A DNA stretch of 48,980 nucleotides, counting the filler, from Bipalium vagum (lineage: Eukaryota), in NCBI GenBank assembly GCA_037834085.1. It is 2 parts of 2 records of this genome, joined end to end, with 100 filler letters (N's around TTAATTAATTAA, not from the genome) between each part and the next. Parts side by side here need not be neighbours in the genome. Positions count along the whole stretch, not along the records: positions 24,014 to 48,980 come from JBBMKC010197942.1; 1 more part is not named here. One strand, given 5' to 3'. The notes under the pieces are model-generated. The model searched no databases and was not told the DNA's origin. It worked only from the letters and a program-made list of their open reading frames with translations. The translations under genes were made by a program, and so were the position numbers. Shown here in pieces: positions 38,501 through 48,980 of the stretch (position 1 is the stretch's first letter; every line of letters begins with the position of its first letter).

Positions 38501-40964
38501 CACATTTAAAAAGAACACCATTGCAATTTAAGATATTAAACTGTCAATTATTTAATTATCTCCTGGAAGCCCGAATAACTTTGAGTGAAAAATCCATTTC
38601 TTGGTATATATTGTAGAAGGGACAATAAATTGAGGGGAATGTTATGATTAATAATGAAAATGACGTATAATTTTTTAATGAATCGAGTTAAGAAATAATA
38701 TAAATGAAAAATAGAGTTTTTCTCTTTGTCTTGAGAACTTTATTATGTGAAATAATCTGTTAATTTTATTTAAATAGTTTTTAATATCGTGTTTTAAAAT
38801 CTCAATTCATCAAAAATATTAATCGTCTTGGATAAAAATTACATAAACAATTTTCAAACATAGGCCGGGATAATGGTTGTGACCTATAGTATTAACGACA
38901 CAATTCGTGGATTAAAAAAAATTAATTCAATATGAATAGTTTTTAAAAACTCATGAAAAATTAAATAGAGATGTTATATCATTCTTATACAGGATGGTGT
39001 AAAAAACAAAGATTTATAACAATTTATTAATAAATAATTAAAATTTAACTTCTTAACACAATAAATACAAATTACATGTAATATAGATTTTAATTGAAAT
39101 GAATTTCAAAAATTGATTTAAATTATTATTCTCATTGATGTAATATTAAAATTATTTTATCAATAAATTATTTATTTTTGAATAATTCATACATATATTG
39201 TACTCTATTTTTACAATATTGGTTTGAACGTTGTGTATCATTTTATGTGAAAATAAAGGTTCCTCTACAAAATAATTAATTCTAAAAATCTTTGTTTCAT
39301 ACTTTTATTAAAGTCATGAACATTTAGTTATATTCTTAATTAATTTGAACTGATATGCAAGAAGAATAATGTCTATTAAATAAACTAAACTTGTTTTGTT
39401 CTTGAAAATATTTTCAGTCAGGTTATATTCTCTATAAAAAGGGTTTAGTTTATAGTTTTAATTAATTGTGTTTTGGAAGACAAAATTTTTAAGAAATTGA
39501 TTATTATTAGATCAAATCAAGATGCAAAGTACAGATATGAATAACTTTTAGAGACTTAGTATATTCATAAAATATTGAAGAACAATCAACTTCTGTGTAT
39601 GACTATAGAAAAAGAGGCGTAGTTTTGAGCCATGTGAAAATTTTAGACTTTCATAAAGAAAAATAGCGATAAGACAATTGGGAGAACCTGTTGATAATAG
39701 TCGATAGCTTAACAAAGAAGTTCACCAGAAACCACATAAAAAACATTTTGAAGCAGGTTGGAAAAAAATTAGTTTAAAAGGCAGAAAAGAAACATAAATA
39801 AAAAGCACAAGAATATTATATCAAAAGCAAATTAATTAACTACTGAATTTCCCCAAAAATAATCCCCGGGAATATTTTTGCAAAAACAGGCTTTATTTTA
39901 ATAAACTTTTTTCCAAAAATAAACCCGGCTTATTTCCGAAAATATCTAATAAAAATTGCTTTCAATAATCTGTATTAAATATATAGTGGTTTAGAGATAT
40001 GATAAAAATAATCTATTTAAAAACGTTAATATAGATATTAAAAGTGCACGAATTCGGCTAACGTTTTTATTTAATGTCATCAGAATTCAAGTTTATCATT
40101 TCAATAAGCATATCAACTGCTTTTTATTCAGAAATATTCCTTTCGTTTGCTGTAATATTATTTCTACGATCATTTGAATTCAATATAGTTTTTAATTTTT
40201 CATTTATATATATTCATATATTGATTCTGTGTCTCCATTTTTGAAACCCGACATAAAAAATGCTTTTGGTAATAATTTTTTATTTATTTCATCAAAACTT
40301 TCTGAAACAAAACGTAAAATAGTTGCATATGATAATTTCTATCTGTATCCAGATTTTGTTTAAAATTTTTAAATATTTCAGTTATTTTGCATTAAAATAA
40401 AAATGTATTGAAATTCTTATTTAATCAATTCAACAATTATAATATATTCTAGAATAATTAATTAATTCTAAATTAGGTAATTTTAAACAAAGATTTTTAT
40501 GATTCTCCAATTATTATTATTTTAAAATTTTGCATCAAAAAATTGAACATTTTTCTCACAAAGCAAAAAATTTTTTAAAAATAAAAAAATTCCAAAATTA
40601 AACCAATTTGAAAATAAGCATATGGTTCTATTTTCGGGGAAATCTGGTAAGTATTATGAATAATTGATTTAATTTTAAGTAATCAATTCTAATATTAATA
40701 AAATATCAGAAATGTACATATCCAAGTATTTATCAGGTAGAACTTGATTTGCGCCAAAATGATGATTATTCGAACTCTGATGATGTTATGGAATCGAGGA
40801 AGAATAATTCTATGCCAGAATTTGAGCAAAAAAATCAGTTAGATATCGGTAAAGTCGATATCAGTGAGAAAATCCAGAGACAATGTATTTTCCAAATTCG
40901 GAAAAAGGAGATTTTTCAAAGAGGGTTGGAAAAGTATAATGCAAAAAGGTTCGCGTTGGTGTAA
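32557..40964 (+). CDS. AMFR: E3 ubiquitin ligase AMFR/gp78-like (TM region, RING-H2, CUE, G2BR), ~589 aa
   Basis: Exons 32557-33588, 33975-34181, 34230-34505 and 40710-40964 (all phase 0). Motifs: FFGELRHAEQNHILDKFWNFVFYKLVFIYG, KDRFEF, RING-H2 [70 protein letters not shown], and G2BR-like QRQCIFQIRKKEIFQRGLEKY. The last acceptor could instead be 40737, and extra exons in the 6.2-kb intron are not excluded. Confidence 0.92.
35780..36538 (+). mobile_element. Internally deleted IS630-like (DDE_3) TIR transposon in AMFR intron 3
   Basis: TA-flanked ~42-bp TIRs (caggtttatgcagaaatatatagaaaaatattcaaaatatat, one mismatch) with ~21-bp subterminal repeats. Interior encodes VLVMDNCRFHHRKDV..FLPPYSPQL. 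Confidence 0.88.
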
Positions 40965-42124
40965 TTCATTTTACTACTTTCTGGATGGGTTACATCTGCC
41001 ACATTTGATAAAAATGATTCTGTTCTTTTCGTTTATGATTGTATATTTTTCTAAATTGATCTACGAAAGTTACAAAATTGTTCCATTATTGCTTTGTGCT
41101 TGTAAAACCGGCTTTATTCTTTTTCATTGATATATATTATATCTTGGAAATGTAAGTTACTGATAAAAGTGTTATTACATTTTGGATACTCATAAAAGAA
41201 CGTGATGTTGTGAACAATTGAAAAATTGAATATATAACGTGATTCTTAAAATCAAAAATGTGATAAATTTACCCCTTTATCTATATTTCATTCTGAAATT
41301 ATTGAGTTTATAACTTTAACAATGTGCTTTATAATTTTTAAAAAGAAATCATTGAGTTTTTTCACCACAGAACTTTTAAGACCAGCTCTCAATATAAATA
41401 ATACACTTGAAATGGTTCTAACTTTCAAATTTAACCTTTAATTTTCTTTTAAAAAAAAACAACTGCTTAATTTCATATGAATGATTTCTCAAATTTTTAA
41501 TGATGGAATAATTTTTTTGAAGATTTGGAACATTAACGATAATTTTAAGTTAGTCTTTTTTATAATTGTTAATTTTTGAAAAATATATAACCTTTTTTTT
41601 CAATAATCTAATATAAACCAAGGATATTATAATTGTAAGTTTTTCATTTTCAGTGTGAACGGAGGGACATAATTCTTTCTAAAATAATATTTAATACTTT
41701 ATTATCGGCGAGATTTTGATATATTACTATTAATATTAATTAAATGCTTTTTAAAAGTGCTCTGGTAATATTATTAATATTAATATTATCACTATCCACA
41801 ACCGTTAGGGATTCATTATTATTGTGGAGACTCCCAGGTCCGGTCCAAAATTCAGTTTCAAATTTTTCTCGAAAAAACAACAAATATTAATTTAGTGATC
41901 TTAAAAAATTTTAGTGCTTTTTATGTTTTATATATTTGTGTTTTTGTGTCGTTTAAAAATATAATTTTATTTTTATGTAAAGTCAAAACTCGAAGTTTAA
42001 TTAATTTTCCTTCCTATCTGTCTAAAATATAAAATTAAAGTAAAAATAATATAAAAAATTATTATTATAATTAATTAAAAAATTAATGATTTTTATGATT
42101 AATTTATAAAATATTTGTAAAAAT

Positions 42125-42875
42125 TGTTTAGTAACATAAAGTTACTATAATTAAAAAATACAAAAAAATAAAATAATATAAATACTGAGGTGTTTCAGTA
42201 TCAAAACACACAAAATAAAAACGAACAAGAGTTTAAAAGAATCAGTCAGACAAGAAGAAAACCAGATGAATTCCAGAAAGCAGTAACGAAGGACGAAGAA
42301 AATTCGGAACAATACTCAGAAAAATATTCGGAACTCCACTCGGGACTCTACGAACAATAATCATACGTCTCAGGGTCCAGCTTCAAGGAGAATAACATTT
42401 ATTAAATTATTTTATTGCGATAAGTTTATTAGATTTGATTACAAATCTAAATAGACTTTTATTATTAATAAATTAAATAAATATAAAATAATTTTTGGTT
42501 TCATACTGCTCACAGGTGAACTGTTACCCAAATAAAACATTAATAAAAATTAAAAAACTATAATTCGATTACGAATTATAAGTTATTAATTAAATTAAAT
42601 AAATACTAAGGTTTGGACAGCTACTCCAATACCTTAGGATCAAATAATTGTTATTTTTTTCTTCCTTCCCAGTATTCTTTTTTTGTTTCTGGCAGGCGTT
42701 ATCTTCGAATTTTAACGTATAGTTATTGAATTTGAGAAAGTGTTGAACATTGATTTGTGGATCAGTGTGACTATTAATGATTTTTTTGTGATTTTGAGTG
42801 GATGTTCAATAAAGTCTAGTAGTGTTAATTTTTGTTATTTACTCGTAGGATTACTGGAAAACTTAATCGCAAAAA
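42125..42875. repeat. Cluster of LTR-like remnants
   Basis: TGTTA../..TAACA-type ends, strand-biased composition, AATAAA at ~42808, and small hairpins at 42182-42201 and 42606-42637. No TSDs confirmed. Confidence 0.3.
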
Positions 42876-44269
42876 AGATAGTGAGTCAAATTAAGCGCGC
42901 ACATTAATATTAAAATTAATAATAATCTTACGAGTACTCTTCCTTCCATATGTTTATAAATATTTGAGTTATACTTCTGAGTAATTTCATTAAACAAACT
43001 TAATTTTCTGAGTAAAATATTTTCCTTTTTGTTCTCATTTTCCTTTAAAAACATTAACCTTATGCAAAAATAGAATCATTTTTTAATTTCCTTAACCACC
43101 TGATTTCCTTGTTACCCTATTAAATCAATATCTCTAATAATTTTAGTGAATTTCAAGTAATTTGTTGTTATTCTTAAAGTTATTTTCCATTTTTCATGTT
43201 TCAGTTTTAAATTCAACTGGGCGTTAAATAAACAATCAATATTAAATGAGTTTAGGTACATCAATACAAGAAAAAGGTTTTTACATTGATTAAACTCAAG
43301 TTGGATACTTCAAAATCTTGTATTGATTTTAAAATGAGCTGGAAAATCAGAAATCATTAAAACAAAATATTTACTCTATAATCGACTGCGGCAAATGATT
43401 AGATCAGTGACTGAATGTATTATTTCATTCTGCTGAACACTAAAATACACAAAGTCCAACAGAATATTTTTGAGATTAAGTATTAATGGACTTGTCTTCA
43501 AAGTCTTGATAAAGAGCATATGTAAATTGAAAATGTTGTAATTATTAAAATTTGATAATATATTAATTAATTTGTCCGATAACAAAAATTAAAAAGCTTC
43601 AACGAAAATTAAAACAAAATCATTAAATTGCACATTACAAAAAATCATAATTTATTATTTTTTTGTATCAATGAAAATTAAAATATTAACCTAAGAAAGT
43701 AATTCTTAATAGTAAAGAATAACTTTTTTTATTAAATGCTTCATTTTAATATATAAAACAGATAAATAACATCATAAATATATAAATAATGAAAAAATAT
43801 TGGTAAATGAATTTTACAGAAGTAATCAAATCTCCTGAGCCAAAGTATATTGATTACTTTTGTAAATGTCACTGGAATCAAGAAACAAAGAAACAAAATC
43901 AGATATCAGTCATATAATAAATAAATTTGGACTCAGACAAAGATGGCAAAAAAAATCATTGAGAATTATTTATTTTATCTTTGCTTGAGCGATTTGATGA
44001 GTACATAAGCAGAAATAAAATAAGTTAATTTATTAGTACAATGTAGATCACGTAATATCACGATGTCCGTTGCAGAGAAAATTATAATTTTAACTGAGTC
44101 GTGATATTAACAAGAAACTCGCCTTGTATATTTATTCGTGATATTAAAAAATATTTGAAAAAAATTTAGCAATGAAAAACCGACAGAAATAAAAAGTAGT
44201 TTATCCAGTGGTTTTAAACCAAAGTATCAAGAATCACTTGTCTTACCTTTGATGTACTTACCAAAATAA

Positions 44270-44830
44270 TACGTTGTACCTGGGTTATCCTTATTAATGG
44301 AGTATGTTTTTCTCCAAAAACATACTAGAACAGATTATCAAGGTAACCAGAACCAATTCATTTTCTTTAAATTCATGTGAGTCTTTTGAGAGAGCACACA
44401 GGAAAGACCAATCTCATTTGCATTGTAAATATCTCCTGGTTTTTAACGTCTAAATGCTTTATTGAAATTGGTATCAGGTTTTTCACCTTGAAATCTTTTA
44501 TAAAAGACAGAATATCATTTTTCTAGAAATTTAGCCAACCGTTAGTTGTAAAAAATTTATTAATTTCTATATATTTAACATTTTCCAGGTTTTTTGTCCA
44601 TAAAATTTCGTTAATAATAAGTTAATTAGTCAACAAGGCCCCATACAACCATCGATTTAAAACTTCATCTACATATGCAAAATAAATTATACCCTATTGA
44701 TCTTGGTTGATATTTCCTGCATTAATAATTACAATATCCTTTGTTTTTTAAAATGTTACTTACAGTTGAGGGATTAATTTGAAATTTATAAAATTGTATA
44801 AAGGTTTCGAGTTATGGAACTTGATATTCA
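44270..44830 (-). mobile_element. pogo/Tigger-like transposase relic
   Basis: The minus strand gives VDEVLNRW, FTTNGWLNF (cf. FKASNGWL.RF), PGDIYNANEIGL (cf. IYNADETGL) and VTLIICSSM (cf. RITVLLCAN). Confidence 0.72.
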
Positions 44831-45602
44831 ATGGTAACTGGTTATAAAGTGATATAACATTAAGAGGGTAACATTTTATTTTTCAATTAAATAAAGCAAT
44901 TTTTTGATTTTTACGTGATATTAAGAGGGTTATGCCGAAATAAGCGTTCTCTGGATAGCTATAGGCACAAAGAAAGTTTATTTATTTGAAAGAAAGATTT
45001 ATGTTATTTGTGTAGCGAAAACTAGCATTGGGTAAAGTATATTTAGTAAAAAGTAAATTATGCTAAGATAACAATTAATTTTTCTCTGTTGAAAAATTCT
45101 CCACAGGTTATTCCGGCATAGCCTACGGAATGTGTAATAAATTTCAGCGGAATTTGATCTCAAATTAATGAAAGGCGAGTTTTGTTAATTAATTACTCTT
45201 CAATGTTTTCAAAACTTGTATTTTTGTTTTTAATTAGTAGGATCCTCTTAGCATCTATTGAACCGAAAAATTCCTTCTAAAATTTATAGTAAAATCAATA
45301 AATATATTGTCTTTACGTGTATAATTTTATAAAGGATTAGGCTTGGATAAAAAAGCAGCCCTAGAGTCAGAAAGCGTCATGTCGATTGAAAAATAAAAAT
45401 TTATAAAATCGATATTTCGAAATTAATATTTTAAAAACCAAGTCATTTCAAAATCAATTGATAAAAGAGAAAATTTCTCGCCAGGGATTGCTTTAATGAA
45501 AATAAACGAAAGGAGAAAACCAAGGTCAAATCAAGACAAAGACTAATTGAAATTTTTAATATATATTGTGATCATCGTAGAAATGATTAAACTAGAGTCT
45601 CT

Positions 45603-46965
45603 TCAATCAGTCGAAAGAGCGTTGGCGTTTTGTCGTTTGATTCGATAACTGTTCCGGGCCTGTTTGCGTAGCTTCGACGACGCTTGGTTGGCCAGGTAGC
45701 GCTGCTTGTGAGACAATTTCGACTGGAACGCTTCAAACTTATCGACGACGATCGGTAGTCCTAAATCAAATATTTCCCTAATGCAAATGTTCTCCTGCAG
45801 ATGCTTATTGATCCCAGTCTCCAGAATGTTGCACAGAGTGTCGTAGCGGCACTTATCGCACCAGCTGGCGAGCTGGAGCGTTTCTGACCCAAACTGGATC
45901 TTGGCCAGAGGAAAGTCAACCGTCTCGCTCTGAATGGCCGTCAAAATATCTCGAAACGATTGTCGCTGCTTTTTCCGAGCAATTCTATTGCGCGACTTCA
46001 AACCGTCAGTTGCCAGCAGTTCCAATTCCGTCAGCAATATCGAATAATCGTTGCCTTTGAATCGATTATTGATCTCGTTCCTAATTCGCTCGTACAGCAG
46101 AGCCAGACATTCACCTGCAGTGATCCTGATGTCGACATCAAGGCTTTTCAAAAGCTGGTGGAATTTCGAAAGAATTGGCGTAACGGTCTCCAAAACCATT
46201 GAGGTAGGGATCATGGTGAACAACAGACTCCAGCATTCCAGAGCCGTAACGTGCAACTGGAACATTTCCGGTTTGACATTGGGATGATTTCCGTCGCCTT
46301 TCAGATAAGACGTTCGGAAAATTGATTCCATGAATTCCATTGACGTTTTCAGCTCGTTTAAGTTCATATCTGATGAGAAAAAATATGTGACAGCAACAAC
46401 GTTCATTGCAGCCTGTCGTATTTTCGGGCTGATTGATGACGATCGATAAATTGGTTCGAGAAGGTCTCTGATTTTTCCGTTCCAATTGTACATACACGGA
46501 TCACCAACTTGAACGATCAAATTCGCAATCAATTGGATTGCGTAAAATTGTTCTTCGGATTTATTTTTCCTAATGTTTTTCTCCAATCCTTCAAATAAAG
46601 TATCTATATAACCCCAATCTTCATTGATGTATAAATAATTTCGTTGAAATATTTTATAGAGATATTTTAAACTGTTCAATTTAACTGTTGAATTGCTTTC
46701 AAACAATTTGTCAATGGAATCTACTACCGCTTCCATTATTAAAGAGATTTTATTTTCATCATTAAGATCATTAGTATTTGACCTTTCCGATTCGCCGCTG
46801 TTTGCACTTAAAATACTTTGACTTTCCATATTTTCACCATTCAAATCACTTGTCTGTTCAACAGCATCGGGAACTTAAATGTATTTTATCATAATTATTA
46901 AATATCAGTATAAAAAGTTTATAAAAGATACCAGATTTAAAATTTTTTTTATTTTTCTTCGGCAT
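45603..46965 (-). CDS. IFRD1: Interferon-related developmental regulator (IFRD1/2 family), ~434 aa
   Basis: Exon 1 is 46965-46932 (MPKKNKKNFKS), then a 58-nt GT-AG phase-1 intron, then exon 2 at 46873-45603. Motifs: SYLKGDG, ALECWSLLFT, DVDIRITAGECLALLYE, KKQRQSFRDIL, HLQENICIREIFDLG and a C-terminal RKQAR..RIKR. Confidence 0.93.
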
Positions 46966-47380
46966 GTAGGTTTTTGTATATAAGTACTGATAATTTAATT
47001 TACCGCAAATTTAGCATTGATTTATGCATATTTAAACACGTTAATATTAAGAACAAAAGATGAACAAGTTTTTTCTAATTTCTTAAATTTTTTGAAAGAT
47101 AATAAAATAAAGAGATGTTTTCTTAATATAGTCCTCATTACTATAATAATTTTGAGAATTTCTTGTAGAAATATTAATTTAGGTAAATGGTGGTTATTTA
47201 AAAAAATCACATTTTACCTGAAAAAATCAATCAAATTATCATATTTTACCCTATATACGTGGGTTTTCAATTTTATTAATAAATTTATAATGTTAAATAA
47301 TCTTAGTATACTTTTTAATAACTCATTGATTTTAATGTTATATATAACAATATTTAAATATACAATTGTTGAGTTTTACT

Positions 47381-47683
47381 TGTAGTGGTTCTGAGACTGG
47401 GAGAGTATCAGGGATTCCACCAGCGAACGGATCCGTTTGGGATCGTGAGTCGTGTTTGTGTGTCTTGCGTCGACGTCTATTGATTTTTGTATGTTGCGAG
47501 TAATTGGAGGAGGAATCATTTGATTAGATATTTGTCAGAAAATCAAGATTGTGTCTGTGTCTGTTTGTGAGTAGATGTGTTCCGTATTGTAAGACTTGGC
47601 CGAACGTTTACTCATCATTCATTGATGGAAGGAAAACAACAAAAATATACTTATTTTGATAGGAGATATTATCGATTGCAACA
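47381..47683. repeat. Possible solo LTR (~300 bp)
   Basis: GC-richer block bounded by TGTAGT... and ...GCAACA. No matching TSD. Confidence 0.35.
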
Positions 47684-48001
47684 ATTAATCATCGTCATTT
47701 GTTCTGGTATTAAGAAATATGTCTAAAATTAATTGAAATATTGAAAATTCAGTTCTTTTCATATCTATTTGAAACTGCTTTACTAAATTTTGAATTAGAG
47801 AAATCTCACAAAATTATAATTCGATTTGTTTTTATCCAAGACCAATATCTTGATTTTAATTTTTTTTTAAAAAGTTATACTTTTTTATTTTTATTTTATC
47901 ATAATGATAATATTATATAATATATTAATAATTTCAGTTAATTATTTTTATTTGATTCTTCTTGTATTAATGTAATAATAATGATGATAATAATAAAATT
48001 A

Positions 48002-48304
48002 TGTTACTCTCCTGTCGCATAGAGGGCATAAGTACAATATTGACTGTTAAAGGTTTACAATATCTCGTAGAATTTTGTGGCAATCCACTGCGGATTCCAA
48101 CTTCTTAAATACTATTCTGGTCAGACGACTAATAAGTCGTAGACAAAGTGATTAATGGGGAATCTCAAATCCCTTTTTAGATCTTTATTACTGAAGAGGT
48201 ATCTCCTTGCGGACCCTGATCTAATTTTGACAAATTAGCTTCGCCATTGTCAAGATTAGATCCTTTATAGAAAAATAATAAAATAAATTATTATTATTAT
48301 TACA
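48002..48304 (-). repeat. LTR-like / hairpin-rich dispersed repeat, copy B
   Basis: The minus strand reads TGTAAT...GTAACA, preceded by purine-rich AAAATGGTCAGAGG (PPT-like). It is homologous to 3262-3380 and shares TTATGCCCTCTATG with 3497-3510. Confidence 0.6.
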
Positions 48305-48980
48305 CCTCTGACCATTTTGTGGTCTTAATAATTAATTAATTATAATTATAAATAATTTAGACCCTTTGTGGTCTTTATCATTTAATTTGTATCAGATTTA
48401 ACAGGAATATGTCCTTGGCTAACCCAACAATTATAAGTTTAATTTAATAATTTATAAATTATTAAAATTAATAATTTATAAAAAATGCAAAAATGGTACC
48501 ACTTTTTCATATTAAAAAATAAATATTTATTTTTATTCAGGATTTTTAGAAAACTTAATCCATTTAATTATTCAGCTCAGGCGACAAAGGACGGGCTGAG
48601 CTGGATAATTGAAATCTCAGGGTTTCTGCATAGCAAAGCCAGAAGAGGGAAGATGTCCATGTTGTGGTTAATGATTGGCCGATGGAGGAAAACTGGAGAG
48701 TATATAAGAAACTACCAAATTTTTCACTAGAACAAAATCGAACAGAACAAAAAAATTGGAGTTAAACGAGAACAGAAACCGGGAAAAAACAAGACAGTAA
48801 GCCAAACAAGAACAAAAATTAGAGTTAAATCGAAAAGAATTAACTCGAGTATAAGGACAAAAGTGAATAGAATTGTTATTGTTAAGTGATTTTTTGTGGT
48901 GAGTATAGGTTGCGTAAAAAGTTCTGAAAGCGAAAAAGAAAAAACGTAAATTTTTTATTTAAATTCATATTATTATATAA

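Noticed and set aside
45960-46497. ORFs overlapping IFRD (45960-46202, 46051-46287, 46138-46497)
   Set aside because: Shadow frames expected from the stop-poor, GC-rich codons; no recognisable motifs.
47017-47385. 122-aa hydrophobic ORF upstream of IFRD
   Set aside because: TTG start and F/I/L/N/K composition typical of random AT-rich DNA; likely promoter region.
48188-48225. Hammerhead ribozyme (CTGAAGA motif)
   Set aside because: No GAAA after a stem II and no compatible stems I and III.

Overview
This is very AT-rich eukaryotic genomic DNA with 44-90 nt GT-AG introns and dense transposon relics. The style suggests a planarian or similar invertebrate (inference only). Four spliced protein-coding genes can be reconstructed by hand with consistent exon phases. 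(1) An unrecognised ~602-aa Ser/Lys/Asn-rich gene (+, ~7386-21686, 7 exons). (2) MMADHC/cblD (+, 24968-27704, 5 exons, ~265 aa), whose conserved C-terminal exons are missed by the ORF track. (3) AMFR/gp78 ERAD E3 ligase (+, 32557-40964, 4 exons; TM-RING-H2-CUE-G2BR, no obvious VIM). (4) IFRD1-like (-, 45603-46965, 2 exons). The rest is a graveyard of IS630-Tc1-mariner elements (Tc1, several mariners, maT/rosa-like, DD37E-like, IS630-like, pogo), plus a Gypsy pol relic, LTR-like pieces and (TAA)n microsatellites. An artificial 100-nt N44-TTAATTAATTAA-N44 spacer at 23914-24013 means the two halves may not be true neighbours. The most unusual signals are a hairpin-rich dispersed repeat present in two inverted copies (3262-3380 and 48105-48222), the orphan gene, a sharp GC shift inside the IFRD exon, and a splice-site-bounded minus-strand exon carrying a single in-frame stop. 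No novel system is proven.
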